From the NCBI GenBank assembly GCA_045132775.1, contig JBGUSX010000141.1, positions 543 to 64,542 on the forward strand: 64,000 nt of DNA. The letters run 5' to 3'. How positions within the stretch are numbered: position 1 is the first letter of the stretch; the number at the start of each line of letters is the position of its first letter. Of the stretch, positions 53,889 through 62,012 are shown in pieces. Source of the stretch: Eubacteriales bacterium (GTDB lineage: Bacteria; Bacillota; Clostridia; Oscillospirales; CAG-272). Under the pieces are notes generated by a model. That model ran no database searches and had not been told where the DNA came from. It saw nothing but the letters and a program-made list of their open reading frames with translations. The position numbers and the translations under genes are program-made.

Positions 53889-55187
53889 TTACATCTTTTT
53901 GTCATCGGTTGCGGGGTTGTCGATAAGCTGACCGTCCATGGTAAAACGCGAGCCATGGCAGGGGCAATCCCAGGTATGCTCGGCACGGTTGTATTTGAGG
54001 GCGCATCCGAGGTGTGGGCATCGGGGCGCGGTGGGCGTGAGAATGCCTATCGTTGATTCAAAGGCGTTGACAGCAAGCTGTGGGCGCATGACAGTGCGCG
54101 ATGGATCGAAAACGGCTGCGTAGGGATTCACCTTGCCTTGCACGAGGTCGCAGAGAAGTTCGGCAGCAACCATGGCGCTTGTCATACCCCATTTGTTAAA
54201 GCCCGTTGCAACGAACACGTCGGGTGTGGATTTTGCGTACTGCCCGATATAGGGAATATCGTCCAAAGTCATGCAGTCCTGCGTTGCCCATTTGCCGACG
54301 ATCTCGGCGTTTTTGTAGTGCTTGCGGGCAAAACCTTCAAGCTCTTGCCAACAGCCGCCCTTCTTGCCTGTGCGGTGTCCGCCACCACCGAGGAGCAATA
54401 GGTCTCCGTAGCTTCGGAAGGACAACCCCGTGTCCGATTCGTCCACGTACATACCGCTGACATTCTGCGCACCCTTGAGGGCTATGACATAGGAACGGTG
54501 CTGATAGAGCTTTAGGGAATATAAGCCGTGCTTGTTGAGCATCGGAAAATGAGTCGCAATAATCAGCTTTTTGAAAGCAATCTCGCCGCGGTTGGTTTTT
54601 GCCTTGTGCGGCATTAGTTCTGTGACCTTTGTATTCTCGTATATCGGCAGATCTTTTGCGATTGTATATAAAAATTTCAATGGGTGAAACTGCGCTTGAT
54701 CTTTGACGCGAACCGCGCCTGCGACAGAAAACGGAAGCTCTTTTGCATCCGAAAACTCGGCTTTGACACCGATACGGTTGAGTGTAGCTACTTCTTTTTC
54801 AATCTTCTTACGGTCATTGAGAGAATACACGTAGTTATCCCGCGTTTCAAAATCGCAGTCGATATTCTCGCAAAGTTTGGTGTATTCTTTGATTGCTTTG
54901 TTTTGTGCGTCAACATAAAGGCGCGCTTTGTCTTCCCCAAAGCGTTTTATCATCTTATCGTAAATCAATCCGTGTCCGAGCGTAATCTTTGCCGTGGTGT
55001 TTTTCGTAATGCCGCCGCAGATTTCCGTCGCTTCTGCCAGCAGACAATCCACGCCCGCGTTTTTTAGCTTATACGCGCACAAAAGCCCCGCAATCCCACC
55101 GCCGATAATTAAAACGTCGGTGCTTTTATTTTCTTTCAATGTATCAAACCGCACTCGCGGCGCGTCGGTTTCCCAAATCGATTTCAT
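53889..55187 (-). CDS. FAD-dependent oxidoreductase with C-terminal Rieske [2Fe-2S] domain
   Basis: Trimmed to the ATG at 55187 behind GGAGGA. Dinucleotide-binding motif VLIIGGGIAGL. Rieske motifs CPHLGC...CPCHGS. Confidence 0.85.
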   Translation of the reverse strand: MKSIWETDAPRVRFDTLKENKSTDVLIIGGGIAGLLCAYKLKNAGVDCLLAEATEICGGITKNTTAKITLGHGLIYDKMIKRFGEDKARLYVDAQNKAIKEYTKLCENIDCDFETRDNYVYSLNDRKKIEKEVATLNRIGVKAEFSDAKELPFSVAGAVRVKDQAQFHPLKFLYTIAKDLPIYENTKVTELMPHKAKTNRGEIAFKKLIIATHFPMLNKHGLYSLKLYQHRSYVIALKGAQNVSGMYVDESDTGLSFRSYGDLLLLGGGGHRTGKKGGCWQELEGFARKHYKNAEIVGKWATQDCMTLDDIPYIGQYAKSTPDVFVATGFNKWGMTSAMVAAELLCDLVQGKVNPYAAVFDPSRTVMRPQLAVNAFESTIGILTPTAPRCPHLGCALKYNRAEHTWDCPCHGSRFTMDGQLIDNPATDDKKM

Positions 55188-55300
55188 ATTAATCCTCCAA
55201 GGTTTAGTATGATTAGTTTTTGTCGTTTCCATAGTGGCTATACGCATATTGATGTTCCTTTTATCACACACTAAAAAGAAACGTATCTTGTGGGGGCAAT

Positions 55301-55978
55301 ATGGATATAATCAAGGTTATACTAACTGCGCTTCTTTCGGTGGCGGCGCTGTTTATCATTACGAAAATCATGGGACACAAGCAGGTGGCGCAGCTTGACT
55401 TTTTCGACTACGTTTCGGGTATCACTATCGGCTCTATCGGCGCGGAGCTTGCGACTGAGCTCGAAGAACCCGAAAAGCCGCTGATCGCGCTTTGCGTTTG
55501 GGGCGGCGCGTCGTTGATTCTCAATCTGATCGCCCATAAGCTACCGAAAACGCGCAAATATATCAACGGAACGCCGACTATCTTAATGAACGCCGGCAAG
55601 CTCTACCGAAAGAATTTGAAAAAAGCCAAGCTCGACTTGTCCGAGTTTATGCTCCTTTGCCGAGAGCAGGGATATTTCGACCTTGACGAGATACAAACGG
55701 CGGTCTTTGAGCATAACGGAAAGCTCTCTATCTTGCCCAAGGCAGCCAACCGACCCGCAACACCCGATGATTTGAAAATTACCGCCAAGGCGACGCACAT
55801 CGGAGTGGAGGTCATTATGGACGGGCGCGTGATGGGAGAAAATCTTTCCCGTATCGGTCGCGACACAAATTGGCTGACAAAGCAGTTGAAGGCGCAAGGA
55901 CATAAGGACGCAAAAGAGATATTCCTCGGCGTTTACCGTCCTGAAGAGGACAAGCTGATGCTTTATCCAAACGAGTGA
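55301..55978 (+). CDS. DUF421 (YetF-like) membrane protein
   Basis: 225 aa with N-terminal TM helices and the family-typical block GKLYRKNLKKAKLDLSEFMLLCREQGYFDLDEIQTAVFEHNGKLSILPK. Confidence 0.75.
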   Translation: MDIIKVILTALLSVAALFIITKIMGHKQVAQLDFFDYVSGITIGSIGAELATELEEPEKPLIALCVWGGASLILNLIAHKLPKTRKYINGTPTILMNAGKLYRKNLKKAKLDLSEFMLLCREQGYFDLDEIQTAVFEHNGKLSILPKAANRPATPDDLKITAKATHIGVEVIMDGRVMGENLSRIGRDTNWLTKQLKAQGHKDAKEIFLGVYRPEEDKLMLYPNE

Positions 55979-56023
55979 ATTTGGCATATAATGATACCGA
56001 AACCATAAAAGGAGGTATCATTT

Positions 56024-56461
56024 ATGCGAAGACGCAACTGCGGCGAGCATCCCGAGATCCGCGATTACGGATGCGAGCCGTTTATATTCAATATCAATCA
56101 CGCAACGTGTATGAATGAGAATTTCCGAACGACACTTTGGACAGGGCGGGATATGCAGCTGACGCTGATGAGCATTCCTGTGTGCGGAGACATCGGTGTG
56201 GAAATGCACTCTGACGTTGACCAATTTATCCGCGTGGAGAGTGGCAAAGCCAAGGTCTATATGGGCAGTTGCCGAAATGATCTGCGCGAGATGGGTTGTG
56301 TGGACGGTAACTACGCCATCCTCATTCCCGCGGGCACGTGGCACAATATCGTCAACACCGGCAACCGACCATTAAAACTCTATTCGCTTTACGCGCCGCC
56401 TCAGCACCCATTTGGCACGGTACATCGCACGAAGGCGGATGCGGAACACGGTGAGCATTGA
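56024..56461 (+). CDS. Cupin-domain protein
   Basis: 145 aa with beta-barrel motifs ...GVEMHSDVDQFIRVESGKAKV...IPAGTWHNIVN. Confidence 0.7.
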   Translation: MRRRNCGEHPEIRDYGCEPFIFNINHATCMNENFRTTLWTGRDMQLTLMSIPVCGDIGVEMHSDVDQFIRVESGKAKVYMGSCRNDLREMGCVDGNYAILIPAGTWHNIVNTGNRPLKLYSLYAPPQHPFGTVHRTKADAEHGEH

Positions 56462-56643
56462 GTACGAGAAAATCACTTGAGCTGACAAGCGCGGTAACGG
56501 CACTTGCAAACGCCATTGCCTGCAATCTTACGGTCGACGAGATCGCATTGATCGCAAGCATATTCGTCCAGCTTGGCGATACGCTTGCCACCATCGCGGC
56601 GAGGGAGAATCTGTGCGGAGATCAGAATAAAATTAAGGGCTGA
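56458..56643 (+). CDS. Small 61-aa protein (DUF6774-like; family recalled from memory)
   Basis: Its start overlaps the cupin stop by 4 nt. Contains ...IALIASIFVQLGDTLATIAA.... A terminator follows. Confidence 0.45.
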   Translation: MSTRKSLELTSAVTALANAIACNLTVDEIALIASIFVQLGDTLATIAARENLCGDQNKIKG

Positions 56644-56660
56644 CGAGTGTCAGCCTTTTA
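56638..56660 (+). terminator. Intrinsic terminator
   Basis: GGCTGAC-gagt-GTCAGCC followed by TTTTA. Confidence 0.7.
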
Positions 56661-56672
56661 TCTTTCAAAAAG

Positions 56673-56710
56673 CTTCGGCTAATTTATATAACTTCTTAAA
56701 ATTAGCCGAA
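56673..56710. repeat. 38-nt palindromic hairpin element, copy B
   Basis: CTTCGGCTAATTTatataacttcttAAAATTAGCCGAA, near-identical to 53785..53822. Confidence 0.7.
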
Positions 56711-56813
56711 AAATGCTTTTAATTCGTCGTTTTACGTAATTTTATGCCTTCAGTAATATATTCTTCGCTGTTTTGGGAAATACTAACGGTGAATACAATA
56801 ATCGGAGGTATCT

Positions 56814-57476
56814 ATGTTCAAACACGAAAAAATGTTATTCCATCCCGTAGAGGTAGAGAGACCGAATCCTCAGTATGCGGTTCTCTTACAGGAGCAGCTT
56901 GGCGGCGGCAATGGCGAATTGAAGGCGGCAATGCAGTATATGTCGCAGAGCTTTCGCATTAAGGATCCCGAGATTAAGGATCTTTTCCTTGACATAGCCG
57001 CGGAGGAGCTGGGGCATATGGAAATGGTGGCGCAGACAATCAATCTGCTCAACGGTCACGACGTGGACGCCACGAAGGTACAGGCGGGCGAGGTGCAGAC
57101 CCACGTCTTGCTTGGGCTCAATCCCGGACTGATCAATTCCTCGGGTTACTCCTGGACGGCGGATTACGTGACCGTGACGGGCGACCTGTGCGCCGACTTG
57201 CTCTCCAATATCGCGTCCGAGCAGAGAGCCAAGGTTGTTTACGAATATCTCTACCGTCAGATTGAGGATAAGAAGGTACGCGAAACTATAGATTTTCTTC
57301 TCAATCGCGAGGAGGCGCACAATCAGATGTTCCGTGATGCCTTCAACAAGGTGCAGGAAACGGGATCAAACCGTGATTTCGGCACGACCAAGGCGGCGAA
57401 GATGTATTTTTCTATGTCGAACCCAGGACCGAATACGTTTGCGACGGGCGAAACTCACGCACCGTCATTTAAGTAA
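56814..57476 (+). CDS. Manganese-catalase-family protein (ferritin-like; CotJC/YjqC-type)
   Basis: MFKHEKMLFHPVEVERPNPQYAVLLQEQLGGGNGELKAAMQYMSQSF...AAEELGHMEMV...ASEQRAKVVYE...REEAH. RBS GGAGG. Confidence 0.85.
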   Translation: MFKHEKMLFHPVEVERPNPQYAVLLQEQLGGGNGELKAAMQYMSQSFRIKDPEIKDLFLDIAAEELGHMEMVAQTINLLNGHDVDATKVQAGEVQTHVLLGLNPGLINSSGYSWTADYVTVTGDLCADLLSNIASEQRAKVVYEYLYRQIEDKKVRETIDFLLNREEAHNQMFRDAFNKVQETGSNRDFGTTKAAKMYFSMSNPGPNTFATGETHAPSFK

Positions 57477-57483
57477 TTTAAGA

Positions 57484-57516
57484 AAGTCACCGTCATTGTT
57501 TGGCGGTGACTTTTGT
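57484..57516 (+). terminator. Intrinsic terminator
   Basis: AAGTCACCG...CGGTGACTT followed by TTG. Confidence 0.7.
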
Positions 57517-57640
57517 ACTTTGAGAAAACAGCTTGTCGTTATCAATTTTTTAATTAATTAAGCTAAATTTTGTTAAAATTACGTGTTGTTGCTCTTATAT
57601 GATAGCAGGATAGCAATTTTTGAGCGTTTTGCCGAAGTAT

Positions 57641-57662
57641 GAAAAATCCTTATTTTACAAGG
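57641..57662 (+). repeat. Right copy of the perfect 22-nt sub-terminal direct repeat (hairpin core)
   Basis: Identical to 38450..38471. It is embedded in GCCGAA..GAAAAATCCTT-attttac-AAGGCTTTTCGGC followed by GATTTTTTG. Confidence 0.9.
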
Positions 57663-57711
57663 CTTTTCGGCGATTTTTTGCTAAAGGTTGAATTTGCGGG
57701 ATTGCAGCATC

Positions 57712-58116
57712 GGCTGCGAGGTCCTCGTTAAGATCGGCGATCACGTCGCCCTTGACACCGATATACTTCATATCGTTAGGAACACCTGCGGCGGAAACGG
57801 GATAAATGCCGGTCGTATGATCGACGAAATACGGTGCGAGGGGTGACTTGCCGATCTCCTCTGCGTCAACGTTTCGCGTCAGCTGATAGAGGATACTTGC
57901 TACCATTTCCAGATGCGCAAGCTCCTCGGTTCCGACATCGGTTAGGATGCCGACCACCTCATTGTAAGGCATCGAATAACGCTGATTGAGATAGCGCATC
58001 GAAGCCGAGAGCTCTCCGTCGGGGCCGCCAAGCTGACTGACGATGAGCGAGGCGGTCTTGGGATTCGGTGTTTTTATCTTGACGGGGAACTGCAATTTTT
58101 TCTCATAGATCCACAT
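57712..58116 (-). pseudogene. cotJC: cotJC 5' fragment (first 135 codons) of a split gene
   Basis: MWIYEKKLQFPVKIKTPNPKTASLIVSQLGGPDGELSASMRYLNQRY...TEELAHLEMV...GDVIADLNEDLAA matches CotJC up to the AA|E point. The frame then runs 16 unrelated codons to a TAA at 57655. Confidence 0.85.
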
Positions 58117-58317
58117 GAAAAAATACTCCATTCTTGCCGACTCGGGTCGGCATTTTTAATTGTAAATATTAAGAATTCGGTCTTGATCAGACCTGTAAAT
58201 GCACGCTCGGTTAAAAATCGTGTTAAATGGGGAAATGCGGTCAAAATGACACAATAAACGACATATTTTCCCACTAAAAACTAAAAACCAACCGAAAAGC
58301 GGCTTCAATTCACCACT

Positions 58318-58587
58318 TTAAGCCTGCCATGGCCAAGGAGTCTTTACCCAATCCCAAGACGTCTGGCTGACGTTTGAAAATGCGGTCAGAGGTCCTACCT
58401 CGCGCTCGTACTGAGCGACGACGCCCTTGCGCTGTGCGAGCAGGGAGTGATAGTAAGCAAGAGCCTCGCGGCAGTCGGGATAGGCATCAAGGTAGAGAAT
58501 TGTCTCGTAGATCGAGAAATCGATCTCCTGGATCTTGCGAAGCAAGCTTGATCCGTTTGATGAGTTACAAGGGTACGGACGGTTCAT
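58318..58587 (-). CDS. cotJB: Spore coat protein CotJB
   Basis: LLRKIQEIDFSIYETILYLDAYPDCREALAYYHSLL is the CotJB signature. The ATG at 58587 overlaps the cotJA stop (TAATG). Confidence 0.85.
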   Translation of the reverse strand: MNRPYPCNSSNGSSLLRKIQEIDFSIYETILYLDAYPDCREALAYYHSLLAQRKGVVAQYEREVGPLTAFSNVSQTSWDWVKTPWPWQA

Positions 58588-58958
58588 TACATGCACCCCC
58601 TTTTGCATCCTGTGGGCTCGAAGGGAAGATCAAGCTCGGAAAAAAGCGTTCCGCGTGCAAGAGCAACGTCGGGCGCGTATGCATCCCGCCAAGCCTGGCA
58701 GGGAGAGTAGACCATAGCAAGAGGATGACCCTCAATACCAAAGCCGCCGCAACGACCGTTGGCACAACCGTTTTGTGAGACGTTGCCCGGCTCTGCGCGA
58801 AGCGACCCGTCACAGTTTCTGCGTGACGGCGTGTTTTCGGCAAGGTCGAAAACCGGAATGTCACTTCTTACGCGCACAAAAGCGTCGTTTCGGCTTCTTT
58901 GAGGCCTCATTGCGCCCGAGAACACGCTCTCGGGCTGTCGAGTTCTTTCATTATACAT
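58587..58958 (-). CDS. cotJA: Spore coat-associated protein CotJA
   Basis: The C-terminal block LAMVYSPCQAWRDAYAPDVALARGTLFSELDLPF is CotJA-typical. The start is placed at the ATG 58958 (GGAG 8 nt upstream); the ORF track extends to a TTG at 58970. Confidence 0.75.
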   Translation of the reverse strand: MYNERTRQPESVFSGAMRPQRSRNDAFVRVRSDIPVFDLAENTPSRRNCDGSLRAEPGNVSQNGCANGRCGGFGIEGHPLAMVYSPCQAWRDAYAPDVALARGTLFSELDLPFEPTGCKRGCM

Positions 58959-59250
58959 TCTAAACTCCAATCCTCGGCGGCGGACAAAAGGTTCGCCGCC
59001 ATATCAATTTAATATTGATATATTCGACATATATCACTATAATTCTATGCGAGTCGACAGGAAAGTGACACAGTGTGGCGCAAACGATCGCACATTCAAA
59101 CGAATTGGAAATAAATGTAATAATTTCAAGTTAATTGTAAATCTTCCGAGACTGCCAGTGAAAATGGATAAAAAGAGGAGCAAGTTGTGTTTTTGAGAAA
59201 AAAATTCCCTAAAAAACTGAACGAAATTTTTGGGAATTTTAAAAACCACC

Positions 59251-59279
59251 TTGAACTCCACTTGAAAATATATTATAAT
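59251..59279 (+). promoter_or_regulatory. Sigma-A promoter of the dcw/mra operon (TTGAAC-17-TATAAT)
   Basis: TTGAAC at 59251-59256, a 17-nt spacer, and TATAAT at 59274-59279. Confidence 0.6.
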
Positions 59280-59294
59280 TATAGCACCCGATGT

Positions 59295-59326
59295 GGTGGA
59301 AAGTGGAGCGAATACGGTGGAAAGTG
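59295..59326 (+). promoter_or_regulatory. Candidate MraZ operator: two direct GGTGGAAAGTG repeats, 21 nt apart
   Basis: 59295-59305 and 59316-59326, just downstream of the -10. They contain AAAGTG(G/T), which resembles the MraZ-box consensus reported for Mollicutes (from memory). Confidence 0.45.
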
Positions 59327-59388
59327 TTTAATAATTCCGTCTTTGATCCCCCACCTCGAAAAAATGCAGTCAAAAGGAGCCCACAGGA

Positions 59389-59811
59389 ATGTTCACGGGA
59401 GAGTACGAGCACAGCGTTGACAGTAAAAACAGAATATTTGTCCCCGCGAAATTCAGGGAGGAGCTTGGAGAGACATTTATCGTCTCGCGCGACCTTCGCG
59501 GAACAAGGCTAAAGATCTTCTCGCTTTCGGGTTGGGAAGAATACATCGCGCCGATCTTGAGCCAGGAGCGCAAGATCTCCGAGAAGGCAATGAGATATCT
59601 GCACAGAAATGCGGTTCAGGTAACACCCGATTCGCAGGGAAGAATAATCCTGACGCGCGAGCTTCTGTCCTACGCGGAAATCGAGAAGAGCGCGGTCATA
59701 GTTGGTTGCTCAACCTACGCTGAGATCTGGTCGAGTGAGAACTGGCACGCAGAGCTTGAGAGCGAGAGTGCGGAGGATATCCGACTCGAGCTTGAAAGAT
59801 TCGGACTTTGA
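59389..59811 (+). CDS. mraZ: Transcriptional regulator MraZ
   Basis: [26 protein letters not shown]... with the DxxxR motif duplicated (second half [13 protein letters not shown]). Confidence 0.9.
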   Translation: MFTGEYEHSVDSKNRIFVPAKFREELGETFIVSRDLRGTRLKIFSLSGWEEYIAPILSQERKISEKAMRYLHRNAVQVTPDSQGRIILTRELLSYAEIEKSAVIVGCSTYAEIWSSENWHAELESESAEDIRLELERFGL

Positions 59812-59819
59812 GGTGCGCC

Positions 59820-60767
59820 GTGGGAGAGAAGATAAATTTTTCGCACCGCTCGGTGCTCCTTGACGAATGTATAGAGTCGCTTGACATAAAGCCCGACGGT
59901 ATATACGTCGATGGAACGGCAGGCGGCGGAGGACATTCGCTCGAAATAGTAAAAAGACTTACAGACGGCGGTCGCCTTATCGCAATAGACCGCGACGACG
60001 CGGCAATAGCGGCGGCAACTGCTCGACTTTCGGACTATCTTGACAGAGTCACCTTTGTCAGAAATAATTTTTCAAGTGCCGCGGAGGTATGCCGTGAGCT
60101 TGGGATAGAAAAGATCGACGGAATACTTCTCGACCTCGGAGTGTCGTCCTATCAGCTCGACACAGCAGAGAGAGGATTTACCCATAATACAGATGCGCCG
60201 CTCGATATGAGAATGGACAGGCGCGGTGAGCTCGACGCGTACACGGTGGTCAACACCTACAGTGCCGAGGAGCTTAAAAGAGTCATCTGGGAGTACGGAG
60301 AGGAGAGATTCGCTCCGAAGATCGCGCAAGCGATAGTCAAAAGACGAGAGATAAAGCCTATCGAGAGCACGGGTGAGCTTGTTGATATAATCAAGAGCGC
60401 AATACCTGCGGCGGCAAGAGAGGGCGGACATCATCCTGCCAAAAGAACCTTCCAGGCGATAAGAATTGAGGTCAACGGTGAGCTTGATGCCATCGAGCCT
60501 GCGATAAGACGGGCAAAGGATATAATGGCAAAGGGCGGAAGAATAGTGATAATCACGTTCCACTCGCTTGAGGACAGGATCGTAAAGCAAACCTACGCAG
60601 ATATGGCAAGCGGATGTACGTGTCCGCGCAGTTTGCCGATATGCGTGTGCGGAAAGAAGCCGGAGGTCAAGGTCCTGACTAAAAAGCCGATACTTCCGAG
60701 TGAGCGGGAGCTTGAAGAAAATCCACGCTCGCGCAGTGCAAAGCTTCGCGTTTGCGAAAAGCTGTAA
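59820..60767 (+). CDS. rsmH: 16S rRNA (cytosine1402-N4)-methyltransferase RsmH
   Basis: [27 protein letters not shown]...LGVSSYQLD...RSAKLR. The start is placed at GTG 59820 behind GAGGTG; the ORF-track start is a TTG at 59808. Confidence 0.9.
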   Translation: MGEKINFSHRSVLLDECIESLDIKPDGIYVDGTAGGGGHSLEIVKRLTDGGRLIAIDRDDAAIAAATARLSDYLDRVTFVRNNFSSAAEVCRELGIEKIDGILLDLGVSSYQLDTAERGFTHNTDAPLDMRMDRRGELDAYTVVNTYSAEELKRVIWEYGEERFAPKIAQAIVKRREIKPIESTGELVDIIKSAIPAAAREGGHHPAKRTFQAIRIEVNGELDAIEPAIRRAKDIMAKGGRIVIITFHSLEDRIVKQTYADMASGCTCPRSLPICVCGKKPEVKVLTKKPILPSERELEENPRSRSAKLRVCEKL

Positions 60768-60854
60768 AGGTCGGGTCTGCCAAAGCGTTCGACAAAAAGC
60801 GCGACAAATCGCAAGAACCCATAACAATACGACAAATTAAAACGGAGAAATAAA

Positions 60855-61772
60855 ATGAAAAAGAACACGTCGAGAAGCTTCGACAAGGCGGCGGCGGTCG
60901 CCTGCGGCAGCCCTCAGACAAGCGGCGCAGCGGACGTCGTAACGCTGTACATCGATATGCTCTGCGAGAGATTCAAGGATCGCGGCATCAAAACGAGCGT
61001 ACAGAGCAGTGCTGAGGAATATAGCGGCAGGGACAGTGCAAGGAGCCGACTCGTAAGCCTTTATCCATCGATGGCAGGTGTGTCAGCGAAGGATGAAAAA
61101 TACAATAGTATCAACGTGGGCGGAAGAGCCTGTATGTCGAGCGAGGATTTCGCAAACTACTACAGGGATCTGCGTGACTATAAGATGCCCCGATTCTACT
61201 CCCGCGCGGAAAAGGAGTATGAAGAAGCGGAAGCGGCAAAAGTGGCGGAAGGTGTGCAGGAAACGGGTAACCCGCCAAAAAAAGCCGTGTGGCTTACCGT
61301 AAAGGGACGCATTAAAAGCATAACGTCTCATCTCGGCAAAGAGGAATTCACAAAATTCAGTGAAGAGTGGTTCGAGCTTGAAAGCGGAGATGAGATCAGA
61401 GAGGGAGAGAAGAGGAGGATGCCACGCGGAGTCATCCCGACGATTCTCGCAGTATCGCTCTCACTTATGCTTATAGTGTGCAGCTCGGTTATGGTAAGCC
61501 GCGCATCAGCAGAGGTAAGCGCACTTGAGGACAAGATCGACTCACTCGGTGTCGAGATAAGAGACCTTGAGGGAAAGCTTGAGGTCAAGAACGACATGCT
61601 CGAGATATACCGTATAGCTACCGAGCAGTACGGAATGATCAGCGAGGATTATGCATCGTCGAGATACGTTGACATAAGAGAGGACGAGCAGATCAAGTCT
61701 GCAGATAAGGGCGAGAAAAAAGGCTCGTGGCTTGACGAGCTATTAAGAGCGATAGGCTTCAAAAAGGATTGA
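60855..61772 (+). CDS. FtsL-position cell-division protein with a long cytoplasmic N-terminal region (single TM + coiled coil)
   Basis: It lies between rsmH and the PBP gene. TM segment IPTILAVSLSLMLIVCSSVMV, followed by the heptad-like SAEVSALEDKIDSLGVEIRDLEGKLEV. Confidence 0.6.
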   Translation: MKKNTSRSFDKAAAVACGSPQTSGAADVVTLYIDMLCERFKDRGIKTSVQSSAEEYSGRDSARSRLVSLYPSMAGVSAKDEKYNSINVGGRACMSSEDFANYYRDLRDYKMPRFYSRAEKEYEEAEAAKVAEGVQETGNPPKKAVWLTVKGRIKSITSHLGKEEFTKFSEEWFELESGDEIREGEKRRMPRGVIPTILAVSLSLMLIVCSSVMVSRASAEVSALEDKIDSLGVEIRDLEGKLEVKNDMLEIYRIATEQYGMISEDYASSRYVDIREDEQIKSADKGEKKGSWLDELLRAIGFKKD

Positions 61773-62012
61773 AGCAATATTAAAAAATGAAAACGGGTCA
61801 AACGGCCTCTGATGTCCAATGCTGGCAGTTTCGGAGGTCGTTTCTCGTATAAACAAGCATAAAAACAAGTAAAAAAAGGCGAAAAAGATACCAAAAAGCA
61901 TAAAAAACGGGTGTTTTTCGTCTATCATATTGAGGTAGGGACAGGCATATAGTTTAGAGAAACCGAATGCTTGTCAGATAATAAAAAAGTTTATTTTGGG
62001 GAGGAGAGAACT

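Larger units (their letters stand above)
38404..57711. mobile_element. 19,308-bp intervening element inserted in cotJC (serine-recombinase, skin-like); carries defence and spore-type cargo
   Basis: It is bounded by the two cotJC fragments. The same TC dinucleotide lies at both junctions (38402-38403 and 57710-57711). A large serine recombinase gene ends 235 bp from the left junction. Boundaries are inferred from the protein collinearity break. Confidence 0.8.

Noticed and set aside
38450-57662. The 22-nt perfect direct repeats as the actual recombination crossover (att core)
   Set aside because: Excision there would leave 117 nt with an in-frame TAA inside cotJC, so the gene would not be restored. 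Protein collinearity instead places the junctions at 38403/38404 and 57711/57712, with a shared TC dinucleotide. It stays as an open alternative in the findings.
38404-57711. Prophage interpretation of the cotJC insertion
   Set aside because: I could not recognise any capsid, portal, terminase, tail, holin/lysin or replication genes. The content is a recombinase plus defence and spore-type cargo, so I describe it as a non-phage intervening element or island.
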